A stretch of 32,000 nt of DNA from Ruminococcus albus 7 = DSM 20455. Its GTDB lineage: Bacteria; Bacillota; Clostridia; Oscillospirales; Ruminococcaceae. Below, one piece after another: positions 17,701-24,606 of this stretch. The first letter of the stretch is position 1, and the number at the start of each line of letters is the position of its first letter. The stretch lies in contig NC_014833.1 in assembly GCF_000179635.2 (NCBI RefSeq), forward strand, positions 1,590,001 through 1,622,000. Direction: 5' to 3'. The position numbers were made by a program, and so were the translations under genes. The notes under the pieces are model-generated. The model searched no databases and was not told the origin of the DNA. It saw only the letters and a list, made by a program, of their open reading frames with translations.

Positions 17701-19482
17701 TTGAATGAACATCAGATGATAACGATAGGGCTGATGGCGGCTGCATTTATCATATTTTATGTTGTAATTAATGTTCTGGATAACAAGAACATCAACAGGA
17801 TAAAAAGCAAAACAGTAGGTGACGGACAGCATGGAACAGCCAGATGGGCGACCAAGCCTGAGATCAGACGAACTTTTTCTTCTTCGCCATTTGCTCCCGA
17901 AGACTGGAGACAAGGCAAAAACTTGCCGTCTGTTCAGGGAACAGTCGTCGCCTGCAGGGGTGGAAAGCATACGACTGCACTTGTAGATACAGGAGATGTA
18001 CACACCCTGATGATAGGCGCGGCAGGTGTAGGTAAAACCGCGTATTTTCTGTATCCGAATATTGAGTTTGCCTGCGCCTCAGGTATGAGTTTTTTATCGA
18101 CCGATACAAAAGGCGATGTTGCCCGAAACTACGGCAGGATAGCACGTGACTGCTATGGCTACAATGTGTCTGTAATCGACCTGAGAAATCCGACCAGAAG
18201 TGATGAAAACAATATCCTGCACCTTGTAAACAAATATATGGACATCTATCTGAACGACCGCACCAACTTGTCAGCAAAGGCGAAAGCAGAAAAATACGCT
18301 AAGATAACAGCCAAGACTATAATCAATATCGGCGGCGGTGACAGTGCAAACTACGGACAGAATGCTTTCTTCTACGATGCCGCCGAAGGACTGCTGGGTT
18401 CGGTAATACTTCTGCTTGCTGAATTCGGAGAAAAGAATGAACGGCATATAGTATCCGTGTTCAAGCTTATACAGGATCTTATCTCCAAACCGCCTGCCAA
18501 AACAGCCAAGTACAAGCCTAAGATGTATTTTACAACACTTATGGAAAAACTTCCCTCTGAACACAAAGCCAAGTGGCTTGCGGGAGCAGCGCTGAACAGT
18601 GCAGATCAGTCTATGATGTCTGTTATGAGTACGGCTTTATCAAGGCTCAACAGCTTTCTCGACTCTGAGATGGAGCAGATACTCTGTTTTGGAACAGCTA
18701 TAGATGCAGAGGTCTTCTGCCGTGAAAAATCGGCAATATTCATCATACTTCCGGAGGAAGATCAAAGCAAGTATTTCATGGTGTCATTGCTTATACAGCA
18801 GCTTTATCGTGAGATACTCACCATAGCCGATGAGAACGGCGGTACGCTTACGGACCGAGTCATGTTTTACTGTGATGAATTTGGAACATTTCCGAAAATA
18901 GAGGGCGCAGAAGCAATGTTCTCTGCAGGACGATCAAGAAAGATCTCTATCGTAGCGATCATACAGTCATTTGCACAGCTTGAACAGAAATATGGAAAAG
19001 AGGGTATGGAGATCATAACCGACAACACTCAGCTGACAGTGTTCGGCGGATTTGCACCAAACTCTCAGTCTGCGGAAGTGCTGTCCAAGGCTCTTGGTGA
19101 GCAGACTGTTCAAAGCGGATCAGTATCGCTGGGCAAAGAGCGATCGCAGTCAATACAAATGATGGGCAGACCGCTTATGACGGTCGATGAGCTGAAAAGT
19201 ATGCCCAAGGGACAGTTCATCGTAATGAAAACGGGTACACACCCGATGAAAAGCAAACTTAAACTATATTTCAAGTGGGGCATCAGGTTTGGCGAGCCGT
19301 TCCTGCTTGAGGACAGAGGTGCCAGACGTGTGGACTATGCCGAAAGAGACAGACTTATATCTGCAGTTGAGCAAAAATATCCGCAGAAAACACCGATGCG
19401 GTCAGAACCTGCAGATAATGGATTTATACCAATGGATACAGATTTCGCATCAAAGACTAAAGCAAATGTAAGGACTGAATAA
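17701..19482 (+). CDS. Type IV coupling protein (VirD4/TraG family)
   Basis: TTG start lies 7 nt after GGGAG. There is an N-terminal TM helix. GTARWAT is present; Walker A is MIGAAGVGKT; the Walker B-like segment is VMFYCDEFGT. At 593 aa it is typical of Gram-positive T4CPs. Confidence 0.9.
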   Translation: MNEHQMITIGLMAAAFIIFYVVINVLDNKNINRIKSKTVGDGQHGTARWATKPEIRRTFSSSPFAPEDWRQGKNLPSVQGTVVACRGGKHTTALVDTGDVHTLMIGAAGVGKTAYFLYPNIEFACASGMSFLSTDTKGDVARNYGRIARDCYGYNVSVIDLRNPTRSDENNILHLVNKYMDIYLNDRTNLSAKAKAEKYAKITAKTIINIGGGDSANYGQNAFFYDAAEGLLGSVILLLAEFGEKNERHIVSVFKLIQDLISKPPAKTAKYKPKMYFTTLMEKLPSEHKAKWLAGAALNSADQSMMSVMSTALSRLNSFLDSEMEQILCFGTAIDAEVFCREKSAIFIILPEEDQSKYFMVSLLIQQLYREILTIADENGGTLTDRVMFYCDEFGTFPKIEGAEAMFSAGRSRKISIVAIIQSFAQLEQKYGKEGMEIITDNTQLTVFGGFAPNSQSAEVLSKALGEQTVQSGSVSLGKERSQSIQMMGRPLMTVDELKSMPKGQFIVMKTGTHPMKSKLKLYFKWGIRFGEPFLLEDRGARRVDYAERDRLISAVEQKYPQKTPMRSEPADNGFIPMDTDFASKTKANVRTE

Positions 19483-19497
19483 GGGGGGATCCATAAT

Positions 19498-19767
19498 TTG
19501 ATAGTAGCAAGAAGGATTTATGATACAGACCTTCCTCATCGTGCGATAACTGTTTTTTGTTATCTTTGTGACAGGTCAAATAAAAAAGGCGAATGTTTCC
19601 CGTCATCACGAACCATAGCCAAAGATCTGAATATTAGCCGAAGGACTGTGTTTCGAGCTCTTAATGACCTTGAAAAAGAAGGATTTATAAAGAGAAAAGG
19701 CAGGCACAGGACAAGCGGCGGCAGATCTTCAAATCTGTATGTGCTGGAGGTGAAGCCCGATGTTTGA
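19498..19767 (+). CDS. Winged helix-turn-helix protein (replication-initiator/DnaD-like HTH common in ICEs)
   Basis: TTG start lies 9 nt after AAGGGGGG. The sequence contains FPSSRTIAKDLNISRRTVFRALNDLEKEGFIKR. Confidence 0.65.
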   Translation: MIVARRIYDTDLPHRAITVFCYLCDRSNKKGECFPSSRTIAKDLNISRRTVFRALNDLEKEGFIKRKGRHRTSGGRSSNLYVLEVKPDV

Positions 19768-20686
19768 ATGGATAGGTGATGTGATAGATTGGATCGGTGA
19801 AGGGATATCTTCACTTTGGGACAGCACGGTAGGAGCGGCAGCAGATGCTATAACGGTGACAGTCTGGGATATGATGTTCAAGTGGCTGTTTGAAACGATA
19901 TACGGAGCTATAGCCGGTCTTTTCAAATTTATAAACAGCACAACTAATGACATATTTACTCTTTCATGGGTAAAAACCTTTATTGCATTATTTAATGCGA
20001 TGGGCTGGATGCTGTTTATCTGTGGATTTATAGTAGCAGTATTTGATTGTGCTGTAGCCTACGAGAACGGTTCCGCCAACATCAAGAATACGGCTATAAA
20101 CATCTTTAAAGGCTTTATGGCAGCATCACTTGTCACAGTGGTACCGCCGAAACTGTATGCTACCTGCACAAGCTTGCAAGGTTCTTTCGCCCTGGACCTT
20201 ATGGGCAATTTTGTCAGTGACACCATCTCTACCATTAGTGATACGGCACAAGCAGTAGTAATAGAAATAGCTATGGAAGTATCTCTTCTGAATCTGCTGT
20301 TCATAATACTGTTTGGCTACTGCACGGTCAAGGTAGTTTTGGCAAACATCAAGCGCGGCGGTATACTGCTTTGTCAAATCGCAGTCGGAAGTCTGTATAT
20401 GTTCGGAGTGCCCAGAGGGTATACCGATGGTTTCTACAACTGGTGCAGGCAGGTCATTGCTACCTGTCTTACTGCATTTTTACAGACCACGATCTTATAT
20501 ATTGGTCTGCTTACCTATACAGAACACGCTCTTATTGCAGTAGGTCTGTGTTTATCAGCGAATGAAGTTCCGAGGGTAGCTCAGATGTACGGACTTGATA
20601 CTAGCGTTAAAGTCAATGTTACAAACGTAAGTCAGAGCGTCAATATGGGCGGTAAAGTCATGGGACTTATGAGAGGTACAAGATAA
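19760..20686 (+). CDS. Polytopic membrane protein, VirB6/TrbL-like T4SS channel component
   Basis: The start overlaps the upstream gene by 8 nt. There are at least 6 hydrophobic helices. It sits between the coupling protein and the PrgI/VirB4 genes, as in Clostridial ICEs. Confidence 0.7.
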   Translation: MFEWIGDVIDWIGEGISSLWDSTVGAAADAITVTVWDMMFKWLFETIYGAIAGLFKFINSTTNDIFTLSWVKTFIALFNAMGWMLFICGFIVAVFDCAVAYENGSANIKNTAINIFKGFMAASLVTVVPPKLYATCTSLQGSFALDLMGNFVSDTISTISDTAQAVVIEIAMEVSLLNLLFIILFGYCTVKVVLANIKRGGILLCQIAVGSLYMFGVPRGYTDGFYNWCRQVIATCLTAFLQTTILYIGLLTYTEHALIAVGLCLSANEVPRVAQMYGLDTSVKVNVTNVSQSVNMGGKVMGLMRGTR

Positions 20687-20710
20687 TATATTTCGGTAAG
20701 GAGTGGTAGT

Positions 20711-20986
20711 ATAAAAACGTATATCTATCCCGAAAACCTCAGAGCCAACGTAAAGCTATGGTTCTGGAATGTTCGGGATTTTATCATCATAAGCGGCGGA
20801 GTAATAGTATCGGTCATGGTATTTGCAAACTTCTGGAATATCCTGCCTGCAGCCGCAACTCTGTGCTATGCTTTTCTAAGCCTTCGGGCTGACGAAACAT
20901 CGGTCATGGATTATATCTTAAATGCCTTTCGGTTTTTCTGTGTTTCACAGCAGGAGTTCCGCTGGCAGAAAAGGAGTGAGAACTGA
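20711..20986 (+). CDS. PrgI-like small T4SS membrane protein, no canonical start codon
   Basis: The frame is open from 20687 to TGA 20984-86. It encodes IKTYIYPENLRANVKLWFWNVRDFIIISGGVIVSVMVF...FRWQKRSEN (two TM helices). AAGGAG (20698-20703) lies 7 nt upstream of ATA 20711. The first in-frame ATG is deep inside TM1. Confidence 0.5.
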   Translation: MKTYIYPENLRANVKLWFWNVRDFIIISGGVIVSVMVFANFWNILPAAATLCYAFLSLRADETSVMDYILNAFRFFCVSQQEFRWQKRSEN

Positions 20987-21220
20987 TTGTCAAAAAAGAG
21001 AAAAAACGGCGTTCAGGCACTTATCGGCCTTGAACGCTTTACTCGATACGGAGTAAAAACTGATAAAGCTGAGATCGTTATGTTTGCAGTCGAACCGACT
21101 AATATCTCCGTGCTTTCTGCGTCAAATATAGATACAAAGATCCACAGCCTGATGCTTGTTCTGTCGGTCATACCTGACCTTGAACTTATCGCTTCAGACA
21201 GTGCCGAACGTTTTGACGAT
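20987..21220 (+). pseudogene. VirB4-like T4SS ATPase, N-terminal ~78 codons only
   Basis: TTG start follows directly after the PrgI-like stop. GVQALIGLERFTRYGVKTDKAEIVMFAVEPTNISVLSASNIDTKIHSLMLVLSVIPDLELIASDSAERFDD matches the conserved N-terminus of Firmicutes VirB4/CD1110-type ATPases. The frame then runs into unrelated sequence and stops at 21268. No Walker motifs follow. Confidence 0.75.
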
Positions 21221-21221
21221 A

Positions 21222-22277
21222 GGTTACACTCCTTTAGAGGATCTGAAACTAAACAACAAATCAGATAAAGATACAGACGGCGACGGTATCCCCGATTATC
21301 TTGAATTATCTGAATATGATCTTGGCACATTTGACAATACTACCGGAGACTATAAACCGGCTAATTACGGTCATTATTTTAATTTGGCTTCAAATATTGG
21401 CATTCTTGTAAGCGGTTCAGTCGGCGATAAAATAATGAATACCTATACCTCGTCATTCCGTTCACATCCATTTAATAGGAATAGCGATGATGATGACTAT
21501 ACAGATGATGAGGATGGTACACCTGAAGAAGAGAATGAAGATCTGATTGAAATATTATCATTGGTTGATAATACGTGCATGTGGGAGTCAGGCTGGTTTA
21601 AGGAATACTATGAATCAAAAGGTAAAAAATGCAGAATTCGCTATTTTAATGGATATGATACATTTATTCTACAGTGGAATCGTATAGGTGGCAGCGATGA
21701 TGGTTCCTACGACTATTACTACAATGTAACTGATGTTATTTTAATATCACATGGAAACCCTGGTTATTTTCTTCTTGGTAACAATGTGGCTCTTACTTCT
21801 AAAAACACCAGAGACGGTGTAAATTTTCATCGAATCGAAGACATCGATGACTGTAGACAATTCGATAATTTAGAAATGATGATATGCTCTAGCGATTGTG
21901 TTCCTGATGAAGATGGTTATACTAAAAGCACCGCAGAAGCGTTCTTTGACCATTTTCGCAGCATAAACAGAGTATTCGCATTTGATTGCACTAGTTGCCT
22001 TGTAAGTGGTTATGACTATCCGGTTTGGGCAGGAGCTGTCATGTATTTTCCAGTCATACCTTATGTCCCACCTCTTGAACCAAGTTTAAATGATCCACAA
22101 ATGCTAATTTGTTTGAGCACTTCGAGCTGTAAAGGTCAGGTTTTATATGAACGAGGTAAGGATAAAAATAGTGACTTGTACGATGGGTTAGATGATGTTC
22201 AAATAGAAGTCTATTATACGAAAATGTATACAACCGGTTATGGTGCAGAATTAGGAGAAATTCATATGGATCCAGCT
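21222..22277 (+). pseudogene. 3' portion of a secreted/polymorphic protein gene (no start, fused out of frame to the virB4 stub), part 1
   Basis: The frame begins mid-protein (GYTPLEDLKLNNKSDKDTDGDGIPDYLE, a thrombospondin-type-3-like Ca-binding repeat). The ATG at 21156 lies inside the virB4 remnant and has no RBS. The frame is interrupted at 22277 by the IS-like element. Confidence 0.65.
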
Positions 22278-22646
22278 TGTGTATGCCGTTTCGTCAGAGC
22301 CATCTGCACGGACTTTGAGAGCCACTTTCACGGAGTAAAGAGCCACTTGTGATAAACGCCATTCTCGAACTAGGTTCGTTCGCATTTATTCCACAGTCCA
22401 CTTGACAGCAAGCCTCTATGAGTGCGGTAGTCCGGCAGCACAGGCAGGCAGCCACGAGGGCTGCTGCCTGGCCACCAGCCTACCACACTCATACTCACTG
22501 TCAAGCGGCTTTTGCGGTGTATATACCGCTCCGACTACCACAGCTGCACGGACATTTTGCCCACGCTTGCCGCAGACTGCCCACGGGCACTGCACGGCAA
22601 AATATGATATACTTGATATGGCACGTCAATGACGTGACTACATATC
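22278..22646. repeat. Left inverted arm of the IS-like element (GC-rich, contains 3 AGAGCCA sub-repeats and an extra 105-nt hairpin)
   Basis: The reverse complement aligns by eye with 23741..24001. AGAGCCA copies start at 22296, 22317 and 22339, a period of about 21-22 bp. Confidence 0.8.
22401..22505. other. Long imperfect GC-rich hairpin present only in the left arm
   Basis: Paired blocks are cttgacag/ctgtcaag, tatgagtg/cactcata, ggtag/ctacc and ggcaggcagcc/ggctgctgcc around the loop acgag. Confidence 0.7.
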
Positions 22647-22661
22647 AAGGAGGTCTATCAT

Positions 22662-23165
22662 ATGGTGGACTACAAAGAGATACTCAGGCTTACCAGTATT
22701 ATTCAGGGACAGGGGACCATTCCGAGAGATGAGTCAGACCGAAATATCAGTTATAACAAGGCTTCTATCCCGACGTATAAACTCGTTAAGGAAAACGACT
22801 TTATTATGCATCTTCGTCCGTTCGAATGGGGACTGGAGATTGCTACAAGGGAAGGCATTGTCAGCCCTGCATACACGATTTTGAGAAACAAGGTTGAACT
22901 GGTTCCAGAGTTCTATCGGTATTATTTCAGGTCTTCAAGCTTTATTGTGGAAAAGCTGACAGGGATTACCGAAGGTATCCGTGATGGACGTTCCATCAAT
23001 ATGGATGACTTCTGGCTCTTAGAGATTCCTTACCCGTCTATTCCAGAACAGAGAAAAATCGGTCAGTTCATGGACCTGATAAACAGGCAGATACAGATTG
23101 AAAAGGATAAGCTGCAAGCCATCAAGTTGGTAAAGAAAGGTCTGCTTCAGCAGATGTTTGTGTGA
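22662..23165 (+). pseudogene. Chimeric ORF: IS21-IstA-like first ~13 codons fused to the C-terminal half of a type I restriction specificity subunit (HsdS)
   Basis: From about codon 20 the sequence is a typical HsdS target-recognition domain plus conserved tail: GIVSPAYTIL...EFYRYYFRSSSF...IPYPSIPEQRKIGQFMDLINRQIQIEKDKLQAIKLVKKGLLQQMFV. The N-terminal TRD is missing, and no hsdM or hsdR is nearby. Confidence 0.7.
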
Positions 23166-23174
23166 GGTAATGGC

Positions 23175-23471
23175 ATGAGGAATACAACGACCTTCAAAGA
23201 ATTGATACAAGCATTGCTGGACGGAGCCACAGAAGGCATCTCAGCCACAAAGACTCTACGAATCGTCGGAGACCAGCTCATTCACTATAACACACCGATT
23301 GCAGAACGGTTTGACGGCAAGGTGTTAGTAAACAATTCACGATATTCACTTACCACGGGACAGCTTCAGAAACAAATCCGAAGCATGGTTCCCGAAGAAC
23401 AGCAGGTGATAGTAAAGCGTGTGCCTGTTAACTACAATGGTTTGTTGCGTGATTTTGTAGAAAGCAGGTGA
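23175..23471 (+). CDS. Hypothetical protein (98 aa), cargo of the IS-like element
   Basis: GAGG-type RBS (tgaggtaatggc ATG). Translation is compact and looks globular (LRIVGDQLIHYNTPIAERFDGKVLVNNSRYSLTTGQLQKQI). I cannot name a family. Confidence 0.45.
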   Translation: MRNTTTFKELIQALLDGATEGISATKTLRIVGDQLIHYNTPIAERFDGKVLVNNSRYSLTTGQLQKQIRSMVPEEQQVIVKRVPVNYNGLLRDFVESR

Positions 23472-23475
23472 TGGT

Positions 23476-23715
23476 ATGCCGAGACAGAAGAAAGACGGAG
23501 TTAATATCAACTACTTCATCCGCCGAGATGTCAAAGAGAAGCTGGATGCGTACTGTGAAGACGTCGGACAGAAGGCGATAATAAGGCTGATACAACGAAA
23601 TAAAACCAACCACAGGTTTATTGTCTTTTTTGAAAAAAGGTGTATCATAATATTAAATATAATTTCGGCGGTGTTACGCTGCGTATCGTATCAGCTACCA
23701 GATCGTTCAACATAG
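23476..23715 (+). CDS. Ribbon-helix-helix-like N-terminus running into probable IS remnant sequence (possibly chimeric/pseudogene)
   Basis: MPRQKKDGVNINYFIRRDVKEKLDAYCEDVGQ matches the RHH beta-strand plus helix-1 pattern. The tail (..CVSYQLPDRST) may be a remnant of an IstB C-terminus. This is uncertain. Confidence 0.3.
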   Translation: MPRQKKDGVNINYFIRRDVKEKLDAYCEDVGQKAIIRLIQRNKTNHRFIVFFEKRCIIILNIISAVLRCVSYQLPDRST

Positions 23716-23740
23716 CTCACGCACCAAAGTGGTCAGCAGT

Positions 23741-24001
23741 GATATGTAGTCACGTCATTGACGTGCCATATCAAGTATATCCATATTTTGACGGGCATTG
23801 CCCGTGGGCAGTCAGCGGCGAGGTGTGGCAAGTTATCCGTGCAGTTGTGGCAGTGTGGGCGGGATATACATGCGGCATAAAAGCTCACTCCGTCATGCAG
23901 ATTATCGAAGTGGCTCTCATGTCTGGCAAGGTGGCTCTCAAACAGCGGCAGACTGGCTCTGAAACACCGTGCAGGTGGTTCTCACACGCCGGCGTATACA
24001 C
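23741..24001. repeat. Right inverted arm of the IS-like element (4 TGGCTCT/TGGTTCT sub-repeats)
   Basis: Copies are at 23911, 23932, 23954 and 23976, the same 21-22 bp period. The inner 40 nt (gatatgtagtcacgtcattgacgtgccatatcaagtatat) is almost identical to the reverse complement of 22607..22646. Confidence 0.8.
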
Positions 24002-24083
24002 AGCTTCGAAATTTTTCATTGAACCTAATGAATTTGGCTTTGATCCAGTATTCTACGACGAATATTTATCAAGCCAGAATTAA
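24002..24083 (+). pseudogene. Last ~26 codons of the interrupted secreted-protein gene, part 2
   Basis: Deleting 22278..24005 joins ...GEIHMDPA to SKFFIEPNEFGFDPVFYDEYLSSQN* in frame. The removed length is 1728 nt, which is 3 x 576. Confidence 0.65.
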
Positions 24084-24133
24084 TAACAGAAATACAGATT
24101 ATCTGATCTTGATAAAAGATAATATGTACAGAA

Positions 24134-24168
24134 AAGACTGACTGTTCTGAACAATCGGTCTTTTCTTA
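24134..24168 (+). terminator. Rho-independent terminator candidate for the interrupted gene
   Basis: aagactga...tcggtctt forms an 8-bp stem (one G:U) followed by ttctta. Confidence 0.4.
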
Positions 24169-24516
24169 TACTCTTTTATTGCAGTGTTATGCGCTTGAAT
24201 AGAATTTTGGATGTAACCGTCGATTCCTTTGCACCTACCATTCCGAAATCTACAAGTAGATTATAGCTTGTATTTTCTGAACCAGGGAAGTTATTAGGAA
24301 CATTTGAATACTTTAGTCTAACATATGTCTTAGTAATAACACCATTTGAAGTGATATGCTTGTTTTATATTTTCTACCTTATGTACAATTGACTATGTGA
24401 TAGATTAAACAAACTGATGAAAAGAGGAGTAACTAACTTTGATTTCAGTGGAAATAAAGTTGATTATAGATGATAAATAAATCTATTTCTTTAATGTAGA
24501 ACCGGGATGAAATCAA

Positions 24517-24545
24517 TTGACTTTCTTGCCAAAATATGATATAGT
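24517..24545 (+). promoter_or_regulatory. Sigma-A-type promoter for the 24607..27400 operon
   Basis: TTGACT (24517-22), a 17-nt spacer, then TATAGT (24540-45), about 60 nt upstream of the start codon. Confidence 0.55.
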
Positions 24546-24606
24546 ATTAATATGAATAATTGTAATTTGTCACATTGCGAATTTTGATTATTTGTTTAGG
24601 GGTGAT

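Larger units (their letters stand above)
22278..24001 (+). mobile_element. Non-autonomous IS-like element (IS21-family-like ends), ~1.72 kb, with chimeric non-transposase cargo
   Basis: The termini are tGTGTATGCCG... and ...CGGCGTATACAC. It is flanked by the direct repeat AGCT(T) (22274-78 and 24002-06). The imperfect inverted arms are about 260-370 bp long. The first 13 codons after the left arm (MVDYKEILRLTSI) look like an IS21 IstA N-terminus. Confidence 0.65.

Noticed and set aside
21156-21221. ATG 21156 as the true start of the 398-aa track ORF
   Set aside because: These codons are an alternative frame of the virB4 remnant, with no RBS. The recognisable protein sequence only begins at about 21222, in the middle of a repeat, so the ORF is a fragment rather than a complete gene.
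22402-22732. Track ORFs 22402..22632 and 22418..22732 (Ala/Cys/His/Pro-rich translations)
   Set aside because: They lie entirely inside the GC-rich inverted arm and hairpin of the IS-like element. They have no RBS and a low-complexity composition. The mirror-image arm produces an equally spurious frame, so they are non-coding repeat DNA.
22662-23165. hsdS fragment between inverted repeats as a phase-variable type I R-M shufflon
   Set aside because: There is no hsdM/hsdR, no second hsdS half-gene and no recombinase nearby. The inverted repeats are IS termini lying outside hsdS, not repeats within hsdS conserved regions.
23640-24001. N-terminal ~120 codons of track ORF 23640..24083
   Set aside because: This part is the right inverted arm read through by chance. 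Only the last ~26 codons (24006-24083) are real coding sequence, and they belong to the interrupted upstream gene.
24170-24357. Minus-strand open frame (~62 codons, ...NVPNNFPGSENTSYNLLVDFGMVGAKESTVTSKILFKRITLQ*) in the 500-bp AT-rich spacer
   Set aside because: There is no start codon or RBS, and the frame is bounded by a stop immediately upstream. It may be a 3' relic of a lost convergent gene, but I cannot support it as a feature.
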